64,000 nucleotides of DNA from Eledone cirrhosa (GCA_964016885.1 OZ024747.1:59954001-60018000); one strand, 5' to 3'; shown: positions 27,174 to 40,724, counted from the first letter of the stretch. The notes: generated by a model from the letters alone, not told the origin. Program-made: numbers and translations.

Positions 27174-27562
27174 AATAATAATAATGTATGAAAAATATGA
27201 AAAAAATAAACATTTCTTTTAATGGAAAGATTATGGAATAGCTGTGAAAACCTAGAGAATTCTAACAGACTGAATGAAAGGGGTGCCTGACTATGAAGGA
27301 ATTGGTGATTGTATGCTATTCTTGGAAACTATGACATGGTTAGTGAGAGAGATAAAGAGAGTAGTGTAGATATTTAACAGGTATTTTGTGAGGTTACGAT
27401 AGTCAGTTCTAATCTGCCTGTAGACATGTGATACAACAATGGGAAATTATTTCAAGTGGGGCAATCTTCTGTAAATAATCTTGTTTGTTGCTTCATTTAA
27501 GAGGTCTTCTTTCCCTCCTAGCCATCTTTCTCACTTACTCTCTCTCTCTCTATCACCCTCTT

Positions 27563-27640
<78 letters not shown>

Positions 27641-27644
<4 letters not shown>

Positions 27645-27856
27645 GTGTGGCTGAGTGGTTAGAGAATTAGATTCGCAATCGTGAGGTTGTGAGTTTGATT
27701 CCTGGACCAGGCGATACGTCATGTCCTTCGGCAAGACACTTTATTTCATGTTGATCCTTCTACCTGGATTTGTGACTGATAGATAGTATTAGCAATTTGA
27801 AAGACCAATAGAAACATTGTTTCCTCGGTCCGATTTGACAAAAGCCCATTGACTGT

Positions 27857-27860
<4 letters not shown>
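27641..27860 (+). mobile_element. CORE-type SINE family C (alternative tail ending in TA)
   Basis: TGGCTGAGTGG A box, GAGTTTGATTCC B box, GTCCTTCGGCAAGACACTT core; related copy at 46757-46946. Confidence 0.75.
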
Positions 27861-27921
<61 letters not shown>

Positions 27922-27988
27922 CAAATAACGAAACGAAATTAAATTTTGTTTCGCTTCTAACTCACTTTTGTATGACTGACGCTTAAAC

Positions 27989-28100
27989 AATTAAGTTAAA
28001 GTGTACATCTACATATGTATACGGAAGTACATATGTATACATGTGTGTATTTATATGCATACTAATACTTCCGTATACATATGTAGATGTACACTTTAAC

Positions 28101-28106
<6 letters not shown>
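27989..28106. repeat. Perfect 41-bp inverted repeat with 36-nt spacer
   Basis: AATTAAGTTAAAGTGTACATCTACATATGTATACGGAAGTA and its exact reverse complement. Confidence 0.92.
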
Positions 28107-28127
<21 letters not shown>

Positions 28128-28136
<9 letters not shown>

Positions 28137-29670
28137 AAACGAAAAATCAGTGATGCATCTGGACTCAATTTATTGTGTGTTACAATTGTTTCGCCAGCAG
28201 ACAGCTCGAGACACGATTATTGTATGGATCTGTCTGATTCTAGAACTGCAGGTTCGTCAGACACTTCCAATAATTTTGGAACAAATTTTCTCACTGGGGT
28301 TTTAGCTTCAAAAAACATCTTCCTCGCTTGTCCTGCTGTTGGCTGTTGTGTTTCTACGTCATCATAAATTCTGGCCAATATTTGCTGCCACACTGTCCAT
28401 CAGCTACTCTCCGTCCGACTCACTTCAATGAATTCATCCTGGGTTTGGTATTTCACAAGTCACTCACACACACATATACACACTCGCATATATACATATA
28501 TACATACACATACACGCGTACACATACATATATAAATAAATATATATATATATATACATACGCACACATGTATATATACACACCCATATACATATATATA
28601 CACACACACACACACACACCCACGACCATATAACTAACAACATACGTGCCTACATGCCCTCGTAGATCAGCTCTCACACGCACGCACACACGCACACGCA
28701 TATAAGGACACACACATGCGTACGCGTACATCTACTCATATACACAAACACGTACAGACATATACATAGACACGCACACGCACATACACATGCCTGTCCG
28801 TACAAAGACAGACACGCTTCCAAACACGCACATACACACATATCTATATATATATATACATATGTGTATATGTACACACACATATCTATATATATATATA
28901 CATATGTGTATATGTACACACACATAAACGTACTCACCAGCAATCCCTTAGCCTGTTTTAGGTACACATACACACACACTGGCTCTTATACATTCAAACA
29001 AATACGCGCCCAAATACCTCCGTGCCCACGTACATCTACAAAGATACATACACTCACACATATCTTTGTTCGTACTCAAATGTGATATACTCAGTCATAT
29101 AAATCTGCACAAAAGGTCATACAGGGTCATCCATGAAAGGATGCATCCTGTTATACATGCACGAGTATAAACAATGTAACCAAATACATACATCCATACA
29201 CATACATGCAAGCGTGCATACACACATATAAATAAATAAGTAAATAGAAAAATAAAAAATAAATGAAAGTATATACATATATATATATATACACACACAT
29301 ACATATACACACACACACATATATATATATACACACACACACACATACACGCCCACATATATATATATATGTACATACACACACATACATAGACATCAAT
29401 AAAAAAAACTACAATATACCAAAATATACATCTAACGTTATACATTAAAATATGTATCTCGTACTAAACATGCACAGATATAAACATTATAATCATATAC
29501 ATACATCCATACACATTCACGTAACATATACATATAAAAACAATAAAATAAATATATAATATATTAAAATATGCATATAACGTCACATAGAGATATATAT
29601 TCGTCTGCCGGCGAAACAATTGTAACAAATTGAGTTCAGATGCATCACTGATTTTTCGTTTTATATTATA
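28128..29670 (-). mobile_element. 5'-truncated Penelope-like element with inverted terminal copy
   Basis: About 70-bp inverted ends; degenerate hammerhead at about 28177-28214; frameshifted KPRMN..DGE.LMDSV/WQQIL resembling a GIY-YIG C-terminus; interior filled by microsatellite. Confidence 0.55.
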
Positions 29671-29746
29671 TCACACTCTGCTCTGTAAGAACATAGAGTG
29701 CTCAACTGGCATACCGCCTATGGAAGCATCATAGCTACCATTAAAT

Positions 29747-29783
<37 letters not shown>

Positions 29784-29785
29784 GT

Positions 29786-30605
29786 ATATAAATGAGAGGT
29801 AAAGAGATTGTTTTAGCAAGAAGCTAACGGCATTCTATAACATATATGCGACTATAACGTCAAGATGGGAAAAGTAGTTAACGAAAGATTTAGGAAAAAT
29901 AACTCAAACTCATCTCAAAAGAGAATCAGGATACAAATTCATCCACAGAATTTAGTAAAATCCAGGGAAAAATCTATAGACCTTTAACTCATGATAAAAC
30001 AAAGTTTGAAACACTTATCCTTCAATTTGGAATAACATCAAATGCTCTGTATAGTCTTAAAAGACTATTTCATGAAAACTTTCAGTGGAGATGGTCACGG
30101 TTGGAATATCATTCATCAGCAGAGCTCAACAGAAAACCAGGGCTCTCACAGTAATATAGTCCGAAAAAGGGAGTTCTAAAACTGGCTAGTTCGCCTTCAT
30201 GTGTATTTATGAAAAAGCACATGAGGAAAAAACGGGGCTAGTGACGTCAGGATGGAAGTGAATGTTTATTTACAAGAAATAGCAGTCAAATACATTCTGA
30301 AAAAAACTCTACAAAGGAGTTCAGCAAAATAGCAATAATTATCACAGTTTTTATGAAAAAACCGGGATTAGTCACAGATAGTTTAAGCACTCTAGGAAAA
30401 GAATCCGAGTATAAATATAAATGAGAGGTATAGAGATTGTTTTAGCAAGAAGCTAACGGCATTCTATAACATATATGCGACTATAACGTCAAGATGGGAA
30501 AAGTAGTTAACGAAAGATTTAGGAAAAATAACTCAAACTCATCTCAAAAGAGAATCAGGATATAAATTCATCCACAGAATTTAGAAAAATCCAGGGAAAA
30601 ATCTA
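29786..30605. mobile_element. 820-bp element with about 190-bp near-identical terminal direct repeats
   Basis: 29786-29976 matches 30415-30605; (TA)n flanks; no TG..CA ends; no ORF. Confidence 0.8.
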
Positions 30606-31024
30606 ATATATATATATCACCCTTCCTCTCTCCCACTACAACTGTATATCTCCCTCTACCTCTCTCCCCTTCTACTCCCTATTTCTCTTCCTCTTTCTCA
30701 CTTGCTCTACCTTTCTACTTCTCTCCCATTCATTTTTCCCATTTCGCTTCCCCTCCCTTTCTCTCTCTCTCACTCTCTCTCTCTCCCTATATATTTCTCT
30801 CTCTTGTTACCTCCTCCCTTTCGGCCTCCCCATTTCTCTTCCTTTTTCTGCTTGCTCTATCTTTAGCTCTCTCCCTCCTTCTCACTATCACTCTCTAGTA
30901 GTCTCTCTTTAATACTTGTTCTATCCCTTGTGGTAGTTGCCACCTCCTCTTCCTAGAAATACAGAAGTACCTGTCTTCCACAAATGTTATAACATATGAG
31001 CTATGCCATTTTATTCTTATGAAT

Positions 31025-31238
31025 AATGATTTCTGATTTAGGCAAAAGGCCAACAATTTAATGGGTGGGAGGAAAGTCGATGAAATTACCCCAGTGCATT
31101 ACTGATACTTTATTTTTCCAACCCCATAAGGATAAAAAGCAAAGCTGACCTTGGTGGGATTTGAACTCAGAATGTAAAGGGCTGAAACTTTGTCTAGCCA
31201 AGCATGTTGTCCGACACTCTACCTATTCTGCCAATCCA
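31025..31238 (-). mobile_element. SINE family A
   Basis: Family consensus match. Confidence 0.85.
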
Positions 31239-31699
31239 ATGAATAATAAGATTATTTATCTTTATGGTGTGACATGAACTACAAATACTATTGTCTTCAC
31301 AATCTTTGGCTGCCTGTAGCAGGGTTCACTCTTTTGAAAGTATTCATGGCCAGATCTCCTGTTTACAGATGTCTTCCCTTCCTCCCATTAGCTTTTGAGG
31401 TCCTGGAAAAAGAATGGGTTATGAGCACCGTCATTAATTCTCTAAGTGGTAAACTATCAGTCCATTTCTTCAATAATAAATATCAACAACACAAACATCT
31501 TCATTAAGAAATAGTAGCCAGTGAGAAATATATCAAATCTCTCTCATATAAAAAAAAACAATGTACATAAAAAAAAATGTTTTTTCCAGTAGTTTAGGTT
31601 TACAAAATCTGTTGGTGTGACCCCCATCTCATCTTTATGAGTAGTTGCAGATGAATCACAGTTCATATTATATTATATTTGCCTCTCTAAACTATATTG

Positions 31700-32052
31700 G
31701 TGTCACTCTACTTTCTTGACAGTAATATTGCAAGGAAAACAGATCGAATTATATGTGTGTCTGTAAAATGTATATGTGTCACCCACTCTTCTCTGACAGT
31801 AATATTACTAGGACAGCAAATCAAATTATTATATATATGTGTCTGTAAAATGTTTCTCATCTACTCTTTTCTTACAGTAATATTACTAGGACAACAGTTC
31901 AACTTATGTGTGTCGCCCACTGTTCTCTGACAGTAATACTACAAGGACCACAGATCAAATAATATGTGTCTGTAAAATGTCTGTGTCACTCACTCTTCTC
32001 TGATAGTTATACCAGAAAGACCACTGATAAAATTATATGTGTGTCTGTAAAA
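31700..32052. repeat. Diverged tandem repeat (CTGACAGTAATATT..GTGTCTGTAAAAT), about 5 units
   Basis: Direct inspection. Confidence 0.7.
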
Positions 32053-33150
32053 TCTACTTGCTATCAATCACACTTTTCACTAGTCATTATCATCAAATTC
32101 ACATGTTTAATCAAGTGGAAGACAAACAATAAATTGCAGACGATGATTTGAATAGAGCCAGTGATGAATGGAGTGAAATGGTTGGGTCATGTGTTGAGGA
32201 AAACTGACAGGCCGAGAAGATTGACAGAAATAAATGTGAAAGGATAAATGAAGAAGATCAAGAAAGACATTACTGGGGATGAAGGAGGAGGAAATAAGTC
32301 AATAGTTTGGTGAAGGGAGATGTAAAAGATAGAAAAAATGAAGATTTTCAATGGGCCCACAAAGCTTTAGAAGGGAAAATAGTCTTAGAAAAGTTGTTAT
32401 TGTTGTAATCAATACATTGAAACTTATAACAAATTATATATGCCTGAGTGCTATATAGTACAATGTTGCTAATTTAGTTCACCACAAATTTGCCCAGTGC
32501 TTAAATCTTTCAGCAGAACATGGTATGGGTGTGTTTAAGTACAGTGGGGAAGACAAGTATGTTATGTTTACGATTGAAATGGCACAAACATCAGTGCATA
32601 TCAACAGTATTCCTCTTCCTACAGCAAGTATTAATGCTTTAGCTTTCTCAGATGTTTAACTCTTTCAAGTCTAAAGCAGCTGGCGATCCTCCAGATTATA
32701 TTTACGTTGATATCACTTGAAAATAACTACATCCAAACTACTGTTCAATACACTTTGTACGTCTCTCATTTTATCTCTCCGAAAGCAGTGTTCAGTTAGA
32801 ATAGCTTGATGTAGTCACCTTTCACAATTTCTTCCAGCAGTTTTGGATTTGAAATGTTAATTTGTTGGCAATAACATGTAGAGTTTGAACAGTTATGTAT
32901 AGAAGCTCATAGAATTGTTTCCCAAAGCTGCAGACATGAAAGACTTTGCTTAGTGACAACAGCAGTTCAGCTATTACAAGAAATATCAAATATATACACA
33001 CATGGTATGTAGTTAAAGCTATCTATATTATAACTATAGTAATTAACCCTTTTGTTACTATCTAAACTATAATAAAGTAAGGTCTGCGGGACTGCGTGCG
33101 GTTTATTTATTTTTATCCCGTTAGTAAAATAGGTTGGATTACTTTGAATA

Positions 33151-33341
33151 AATAATTGTTTCTACTTTAGGCACAAGGCCAGCAATTACCCAGTGCATTA
33201 CTGGTACTTTATTTTATCAACCCCGTAAGGATGAAAGGCAAAGTTAACCTGGGCGGGATTTGAACTCAGACTGTAAAGGGATGTAACTATGCTAGAAAGC
33301 ATGGCGTCCAACCCTCTACCGATACTGCCAATTCACCGCCC
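33151..33341 (-). mobile_element. SINE family A with TSD
   Basis: TSD TTACTTTGAATAAATAAT. Confidence 0.9.
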
Positions 33342-33449
33342 TTACTTTGAATAAATAATGAATGAATATTACATAATTTATCTACTAAATTTCATAAACA
33401 AAAATAATTTCGTAAAAATAAATAATTTAAAATTGACTTCTTTTCAAAG

Positions 33450-33552
33450 TTGCACTTCCGCTATATCGTCGCCTCCACCACCACCACTTCAACTACCATA
33501 TATATATAGAAAGAGAGGGTGTGTGATGTCAACACTTCCGGTGGCGATCACT
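33450..33552. promoter_or_regulatory. Candidate promoter with two ETS motifs (CACTTCCG)
   Basis: CACTTCCG at 33453 and 33533; retained CpGs in apparently unique sequence. Confidence 0.3.
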
Positions 33553-34214
33553 TAAATAAACATACTAATTTTCTGTCACTAATTTTCTCCTAATGCAGTT
33601 TATATATAATATCGTCTTTTTTTAATGTATCATGGATTATGTTACTGATTACATAAGACAGTGTAACAACGTCTTTGATCAATTTCTGTGTATATTGTCA
33701 ATTACGATTTTATTTGATGTGTCGTATCTACATGTATATATACTTGCTAGCAGAAAACCACCCGCAAGTTGGTTTTTCTGCTAGTATTTCTAATAAAAGA
33801 TACTGCTTATGATTTGCAAATCATTTTGAATGTTGTAATGTGGCAAGCGTGTTGGCTTCCCTTAAAGTGTTTCATTGACCCATGTGATGTGCGGCCGATC
33901 ATTGCATTTCGTGGTGAATTGATGGTTTTTTTTATTTTTGCTTCCCCTCATTGTTCCAAGCAAGGGTTAGTTGTACTACTTATATGTGTTGATATTTGTG
34001 TTTATCAACAACATTATATTTGTAATGATATTCAAAAAGAATTGTGAGCAATCTGTAATGTTATTTATATATATATCTATATATATATAAATATTATTTA
34101 ATAAAATTATAGCTATGAATTGAATAAACTATTTCAAATTTTGAAAATAATCAAGAATCTGTAAGCATCTAATAATGTAATTAAGCATATTATTATAAAG
34201 TTGGTTTTTGAGAG

Positions 34215-34742
34215 TGGTGGTAGCTTTGGCAGAGTTGTTAGAATGTCAGACAAATGCTTAGCCATACTTGTTCAATGTTTTTGTTTTGAGTTCAAATCCC
34301 ACCACAGTCAACTTTGCCCTTCATCCTAGTAAATGTCTGGGGTCAATATAATTTATCTCCCCACTTGCTCCAAAAAACAAATTGCTGGTCTTGTGCCTAA
34401 AATCATTATTATGTTGTTTTGGAACATAACTCTTTAGCATTTAAACCAGCCACATCCAGCCAGAATTATCTCACCTCTTTCTGTTCAAACCAGCTGCTCA
34501 TATTTATGTTATGGTATTGTTCTCAAAATAAATAATATCAAAACCTCTTAGATTCAATATTACGTGAGATGAAGTATTTAACATGAAAATAAAATAATAA
34601 ATATAGAGTAATGTAAATGCTAAAGGGTTAATAAAGGTTTGACAGTGGAAAGTTTTTAGATAATTATAAACACTTTAAAATAACCAGTTTTTTGTCATAG
34701 AACCAAGGGCAGTTTCAAGCAGTTTAGTATCAAAAGTGTTAA
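34215..34742. mobile_element. Degenerate SINE A plus piggyBac-type MITE (34428-34631) nested in an older TTAA element
   Basis: AAATGCTAAAGGGTTAA and ATCAAAAGTGTTAA ends. Confidence 0.6.
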
Positions 34743-35389
34743 TGTCTAACATGACATCCTGCAATTTATTTTATTAAATTCCATGTCAATTACCCATGCA
34801 TTCATTACATGGTTTACAGTAATACAGATTTACGAAGTGTTAGATAACTATTTAATAAAAGTTCAACCTCTTTCCACACCTGTGGTTCACAATCTTTTTA
34901 CTATCAAAGATCAAGTATATATTAATGAATTTTTCTACAGGCACTCCTTTTCCACACTGTTACATCCCTTCCAGATTGTTACATGGCATGAATAACTATT
35001 AAAAAACATGTTTATATCTAGAAATGAATGGACACCCAATAGTTAGTGTATGTTATAACTATTAAAAGAGAGGTGTTTATACTTAGAGAAGAAAGGATAC
35101 CCAATAGTTTGTGTAACAAAATACTTGAAACTTTTAACTTAGCTCATGGATCCTCTGCACTACCTTTGTTGACCATAGTTTGGGAACTGTTGCTTTACAC
35201 TATTATGAATTTGATCCTGTTATCTCTTATATCTCTCAATCTTAGCTAAACTATAAAAACATATTTTTGTACCTTCACAGTCAATCACCATATTGAAGTG
35301 TGTTTATATTTTCTTCTGACCATTTCTTTTAGATATTTCTAAATAACTGAGACCACTGTTATTTACAAACATGGAACTAGAATTACTCC

Positions 35390-36345
35390 TTTAGACCACT
35401 ACAAGAGTCCACCCAGTAAGGTGGGTGTATTGGTGCCATAACAAAAAGCACCTATTCCACCCTATAAGTTGGTCATACTGGTGTCATAACAAAAAGCACT
35501 CAGTCCTCCCTCTAAGGTTGTTGAATTGGTGCTACGACAAAAAAGCATCCAGTCCAACCAGTAAGGAGATTGTATTTGTGCCATGACAAAATACTCCCAG
35601 TCCACCCTGTTAGATGTTTGTATTGATGCCATGACAAAAAGCACCCAGTCCACTCCATAAGGTGATCATACAGGTATCACGACAAAAAGCACCCAGTCCA
35701 CTCCATAAGATGATCATACGGGTATCACGACAAAAAGCACCCAGTCCACTCCATAAGGTGATAATACGGGTATCATGACAGATTGTTGCAGCAAGACATA
35801 GTCACCTGACCTGTCTAGCCTCATATCACAGCCCCCCTCCAACCCTTGCAAGCATGGTTAAACTGTAATCCTGCTGATGATATTATCATCACCATTTAAT
35901 GTCCAGTGCTGGCATGGGTTAGACGAGTTATCCTATTGTGAGCAATACCAGGTCAGATGACCATGTCTTGCTCTTACAGAATCAATTTTGGCTTGGTTTC
36001 TACAGCTGGATGCCCTTTCTAGCGTCAACCTCATTTACAATGAGTACTTGATGCTTTTTGTTATGACACCTACATGACCACTTTACAGTGTGGGCTTGGT
36101 GCTTTTTGTTGTGACACCTACATGACCACTTTACAGTGTGGGCTTGGTGCTTTTTGTTGTGACACCTACATGACCACTTTACAGTGTGGGCTTGGTGCTT
36201 TTTGTTGTGACACCTACATGACCACTTTACAGTGTGGGCTTGGTGCTTTTTGTTGTGACACCTACATGACCACTTTACAATGTGGGCTTGGTGCTTTTTG
36301 CCATGTCGCCATCACGACCACTTTTCAGTGTGGGCTGGAGGTTTC
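35390..36345. mobile_element. Tail-to-tail pair of RTE-tail SINE-like elements, each with an amplified 47/48-bp module
   Basis: CAAAAAGCACCCAGTCCAC units on the left; GTGGGCTTGGTGCTTTTTGTTGTGACACC 48-mers on the right. Confidence 0.75.
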
Positions 36346-36859
36346 ACTGGATGTATACTTCAGCTTGTCCTCATGGGAGATGTATTGGAGTGGGTGGGGG
36401 TGGTGTATACTATATACATATATACATATGCTTCATCTTTAACCTGTGCTCGTGGGAAGTCAGGTCTTCTATATGAAATTATCAACTGTTATAATTACTG
36501 ACACCTCGGTTATCTATTTTAAGAAATTATCACTTCAGTTAATTATCTTTACATAAATTATTTCTAGTTTAAAAGGAAAAGGTATATTTTTTATTCATGT
36601 AATTCTTATTCTGTTTCACATCTGAATAGGATATTTCTCATCTTTGTATTACTGTGTCACATCTGTGCATCATACTTTACATCTGCTTATGATATGCACA
36701 TCTATATATGACATACATCATATCATCATCATCATCATCATCATCATCGTTTAACGTTCATGTTCCACGCTTGCATGGGTTTGGACGGGAGTTTTCCCAC
36801 TTGAGGCAAGAGTGGTTGTCATTGCTCGCATAGGACTGTCTGGCGGGTTTTCTACAGCT

Positions 36860-38830
36860 GTGTATGATATCTCACATTTGTGTGTGTGGCATATCATGTG
36901 TGTGCTATATTACATCTGTGTGTAATATATCACATCTGTATATGGCTTATCTCTTCTATGTATGACATATCATATCTATTTATGACATATCTATGTATGA
37001 CATATCTATGTATGACATATCTATGTTTGACATATCACCTCTGTGTGAGATATAGCAAACCTGTGTGATATTACATCTTTGTATGATGTACTAGCAGCAG
37101 GACCTGGTGTTGCACGGGGTAGGAAACCTGAAATAGCAACACACATATGCAAAGATTGAGGAATGTAGCTGTGTACTTTTTGAATTACCTTATTCTCAGG
37201 GAATGATTGTTCATCTACTGGAAATGTAGAACACCAGCAGGACGAATCCAGTAGTAGCAGTGTGAGTGGACTGATTGCAGAAATCCTGTATGTGAAAGGA
37301 GTAAGTAAGTGTTGTGGGGTGATGTATGGCATAAGTCTGTTCACAAATTATGTCACGGATGGGGAACACACATCAGTCTGAAGGAGCGATGTAGTCAATT
37401 ATGTGAAAACCAAGTAGGGTTGTACTTAAGTAAGTACAAAATCAGCGTGGCAACACAGCTGAAGCAGAAGGGGGTCATAGTGCAATTAGCACAAACGTTG
37501 GGTGGCACTGGTTGCATTGCATTTACATAGCAACAAAGGTGCGACAAAAGGGGTCTTAGTAGAAGTAGCACAGACGTGAGTTTTACGGTGTCAATAACAC
37601 CGCAATGTACACAGGGCCTGGATTTGCGCGTGATGAAAGCACGAAGCGTCAACAGGGCGGCGACAAAAATTTTAAGGTCCTCCTCATTTCCTCAATCCCC
37701 AGAAAATGGTCCTGCTTAAAAGTAAGTGTTGTGTCCTCTGTTAAATAAGCCAAATTTTTAACGAAATATTATATGCAACTTACGATGTTTAAGTAGCGTT
37801 TATATTGAAAATGAAAATAGCATGTAATGCCCAATACTAACTCGTAAATTTCCTAGAAACCATTAATGGAGTTGGAGATTTTTTTTGTCCATAGCTATGT
37901 GAAGGGACTAACTAATGTGTGCTGCACATTTCAAGGAAATCCGCTGGATTATCTTTAAGTTACACCTCAAAAGAGCCTAAAAAGGCCTAAAAAAATGGGG
38001 TTTTACGCCTAATGCTAGGGCAGAAAAAGTTAAATTTTTTTTAGCCCATTGCACTTCAAGAAATATAAGTAACGCATGTGTAAAGTTTGAAAAAACCGGT
38101 CGGCTATTTCTCGAGTTTTAGAGATTTACAGAGACAGACAAACAGACGTCCTCTGTTTTATATATATAGAGATTATATCTATGTATGATATATCACATCT
38201 ATGTATGATATATCACATCTTTGTGTGATGTACCCCATCTATGTATGATATACCACATTTCTGTGTGGTATATCACATCTATGTATACCACCACATTTGT
38301 GTATGATATATACCATCTATGTATAACACCGCATCTGTGTATAATATACCACATCTATATATGGCATCACATCTATGTATGATATACCACATCTATGTAT
38401 AATATACCACATCTATGTATGATATACCACATCTATGTATATATACCATATCTAAGTATATATACCACATCTATGTATATATACCATATCTCTGTAAGAT
38501 ATTACATCTATGTGACATATCATATCTATGTACGATATATTACAGCTCTGTATGATACACCACATCTATGGTTGATATACCACGTCTATGTTTGATATAC
38601 CACATCTGTGGTTGATATACCACGTCTATGTTTGATATACCACATCTATGTTTGATATACCACCTCTATGTATGATATATAACATCTATGTATGAAATAT
38701 CACATCTATGTATGATATATCACATGAGAATCATATTTTATATCAATGTATCATATTTCACAGGTATGAACACTGTTCAACAACCATAAGTGATACCATC
38801 CATCTATGTATCGTATTTCACATCTATGAA
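36860..38830. repeat. About 21-bp minisatellite TATGTATGATATACCACATC split by the Helitron
   Basis: Same unit on both sides of 37091-38172. Confidence 0.8.
37091..38172 (-). mobile_element. Non-autonomous Helitron
   Basis: Minus strand A|TC...CTAG|T; subterminal CCCGTGCAACACCAGG degenerate hairpin; TCTG repeats near the 5' end; inserted in a minisatellite. Confidence 0.8.
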
Positions 38831-39059
38831 CAATAATTCAAATTTTTTATGATATTTCACACCACATCTATATGATATTAAAATATCTATGAACAATACT
38901 TCGCATCTGCATAATATTCCGCATCTGTGAACAAGATGTGTGATTTCATAGCAAGCATAATAAATGCAAAAGGATAGCTAACATAAAACATCATAAAATA
39001 CACATTTCTCAATCTATTAAACATTACCATATATATATATATAAATATAATGTTACCAT

Positions 39060-39072
39060 GTTGCCTAGCAAC
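39060..39072. promoter_or_regulatory. RFX X-box-like palindrome GTTGCCTAGCAAC
   Basis: Matches the RFX consensus; overlapping second half-site GTTACCATG. Confidence 0.4.
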
Positions 39073-40117
39073 ACATTTTCAGAGTTGAGTATAATTTTTC
39101 TTTCACTGTTTACTTCTATCTACTTTTTTTTTCTCTCCACAGATCTTTAGAAGTTAAAGCAATTTTTAGAAATTGATTCCATCATTTTATTCAAATAAAC
39201 AGATTTTTAAAGTTTTTGTTATAGATGTTTTTTTATTTCATCTCTCACTCTCTCTCTTTCTCTATGTTCTCTCTCTGTCTCTCTCTCTATCTCTCCCCCT
39301 CACACATGCACACACACGCACACACACACGCGCACACACACACACACACACTCTCTCTCTCTGTTACTTTTTAATGGAATATTATTCACATCATTCCCTC
39401 ATTGTACTTTGATGAATATAAAGTAATTTATAGCCCTTGTAGCAATGATCAATGAGAACACATATAAGAATGTTGAAGAAAGCTAAGCAATGAATTTCAC
39501 TGCAGTATTCATTCAGTTGATATTTTTGTCAAAGAAGTTTGTTATTGCAACATTAGCATCAACAGCAGTAACAAGCATTATCATAACAATAATAACCAAA
39601 TCACCAAATATAGAATTAACAACATCAAGAAATGCAACATCAGCAACAACAACACACACACACAAATGTGTATATATATATATAAGAGTAATATATATGA
39701 GTAATATATATGATGAAACAGATACCAACACATCTGTATTTATATTGCAAAAGAAAGTTAGCCAGAATGAAGAATATTAATTATTTTACCACAGTTCGTC
39801 CACATCGATTTAAAATAATAAATCGACAAAAACTAGCTGCGCTGCCAAATGGCTATGATGTTTATACATATTTAAATTTCAAAGTCAAACCTGTTCAGTA
39901 GATAAGTTTAAACCTCAAAATCCAAACATGTTTCGAGATGAATATAAGTGTAGGAATATCATGCCACTGCTCTCCTCAGTAAACATCCAGAGACAATTGA
40001 TAAGCTTCACTTCTAAATAATTTAAAAGTAATATATTACTCATATATATTACTCTTATACACGGCCCAGGAATATTTCCTTTGAGCTAATTCCATTGTAA
40101 AAGAATTAATTACACTT

Positions 40118-40189
40118 AATATATATATATATATATATTTTGTATATATATTATGTATATATATATATATATATATATTGTATATATAT

Positions 40190-40242
<53 letters not shown>

Positions 40243-40251
40243 TATATATAT

Positions 40252-40287
<36 letters not shown>

Positions 40288-40459
40288 GGAACAAGTAAGA
40301 CCCCGTATATATGTGTATATGTATATATGTGTATATGTATATGTATATATGTGTATATCTATATGTGTATATGTATATATGTGTATATGTATATATGTAT
40401 ATATGTGTATATGTATATATGTGTATATGTATATATGTATATATGTATATGTGTATATG

Positions 40460-40490
<31 letters not shown>

Positions 40491-40653
40491 ATATGTGTAT
40501 GTATATATATATGTATATATGTTTATATATATACATATATATGTATATGTGTATATGTATATGTATATATATATATGTATATGTATATATATGTATATGT
40601 ATATATGTGTATATGTATATATGTGTATATGTATATATGTGTATGTGCATATG

Positions 40654-40684
<31 letters not shown>

Positions 40685-40693
40685 GTATATGTA

Positions 40694-40724
<31 letters not shown>

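Noticed and set aside
33043-34742. Single 1.7-kb piggyBac from TTAACCCTTTTGTTACT / AGTATCAAAAGTGTTAA
   Set aside because: The ends are common MITE termini; no transposase; pairing cannot be established
23345-36345. Repeat arrays superficially like CRISPR
   Set aside because: No unique spacers, no cas genes, eukaryotic SINE-derived units
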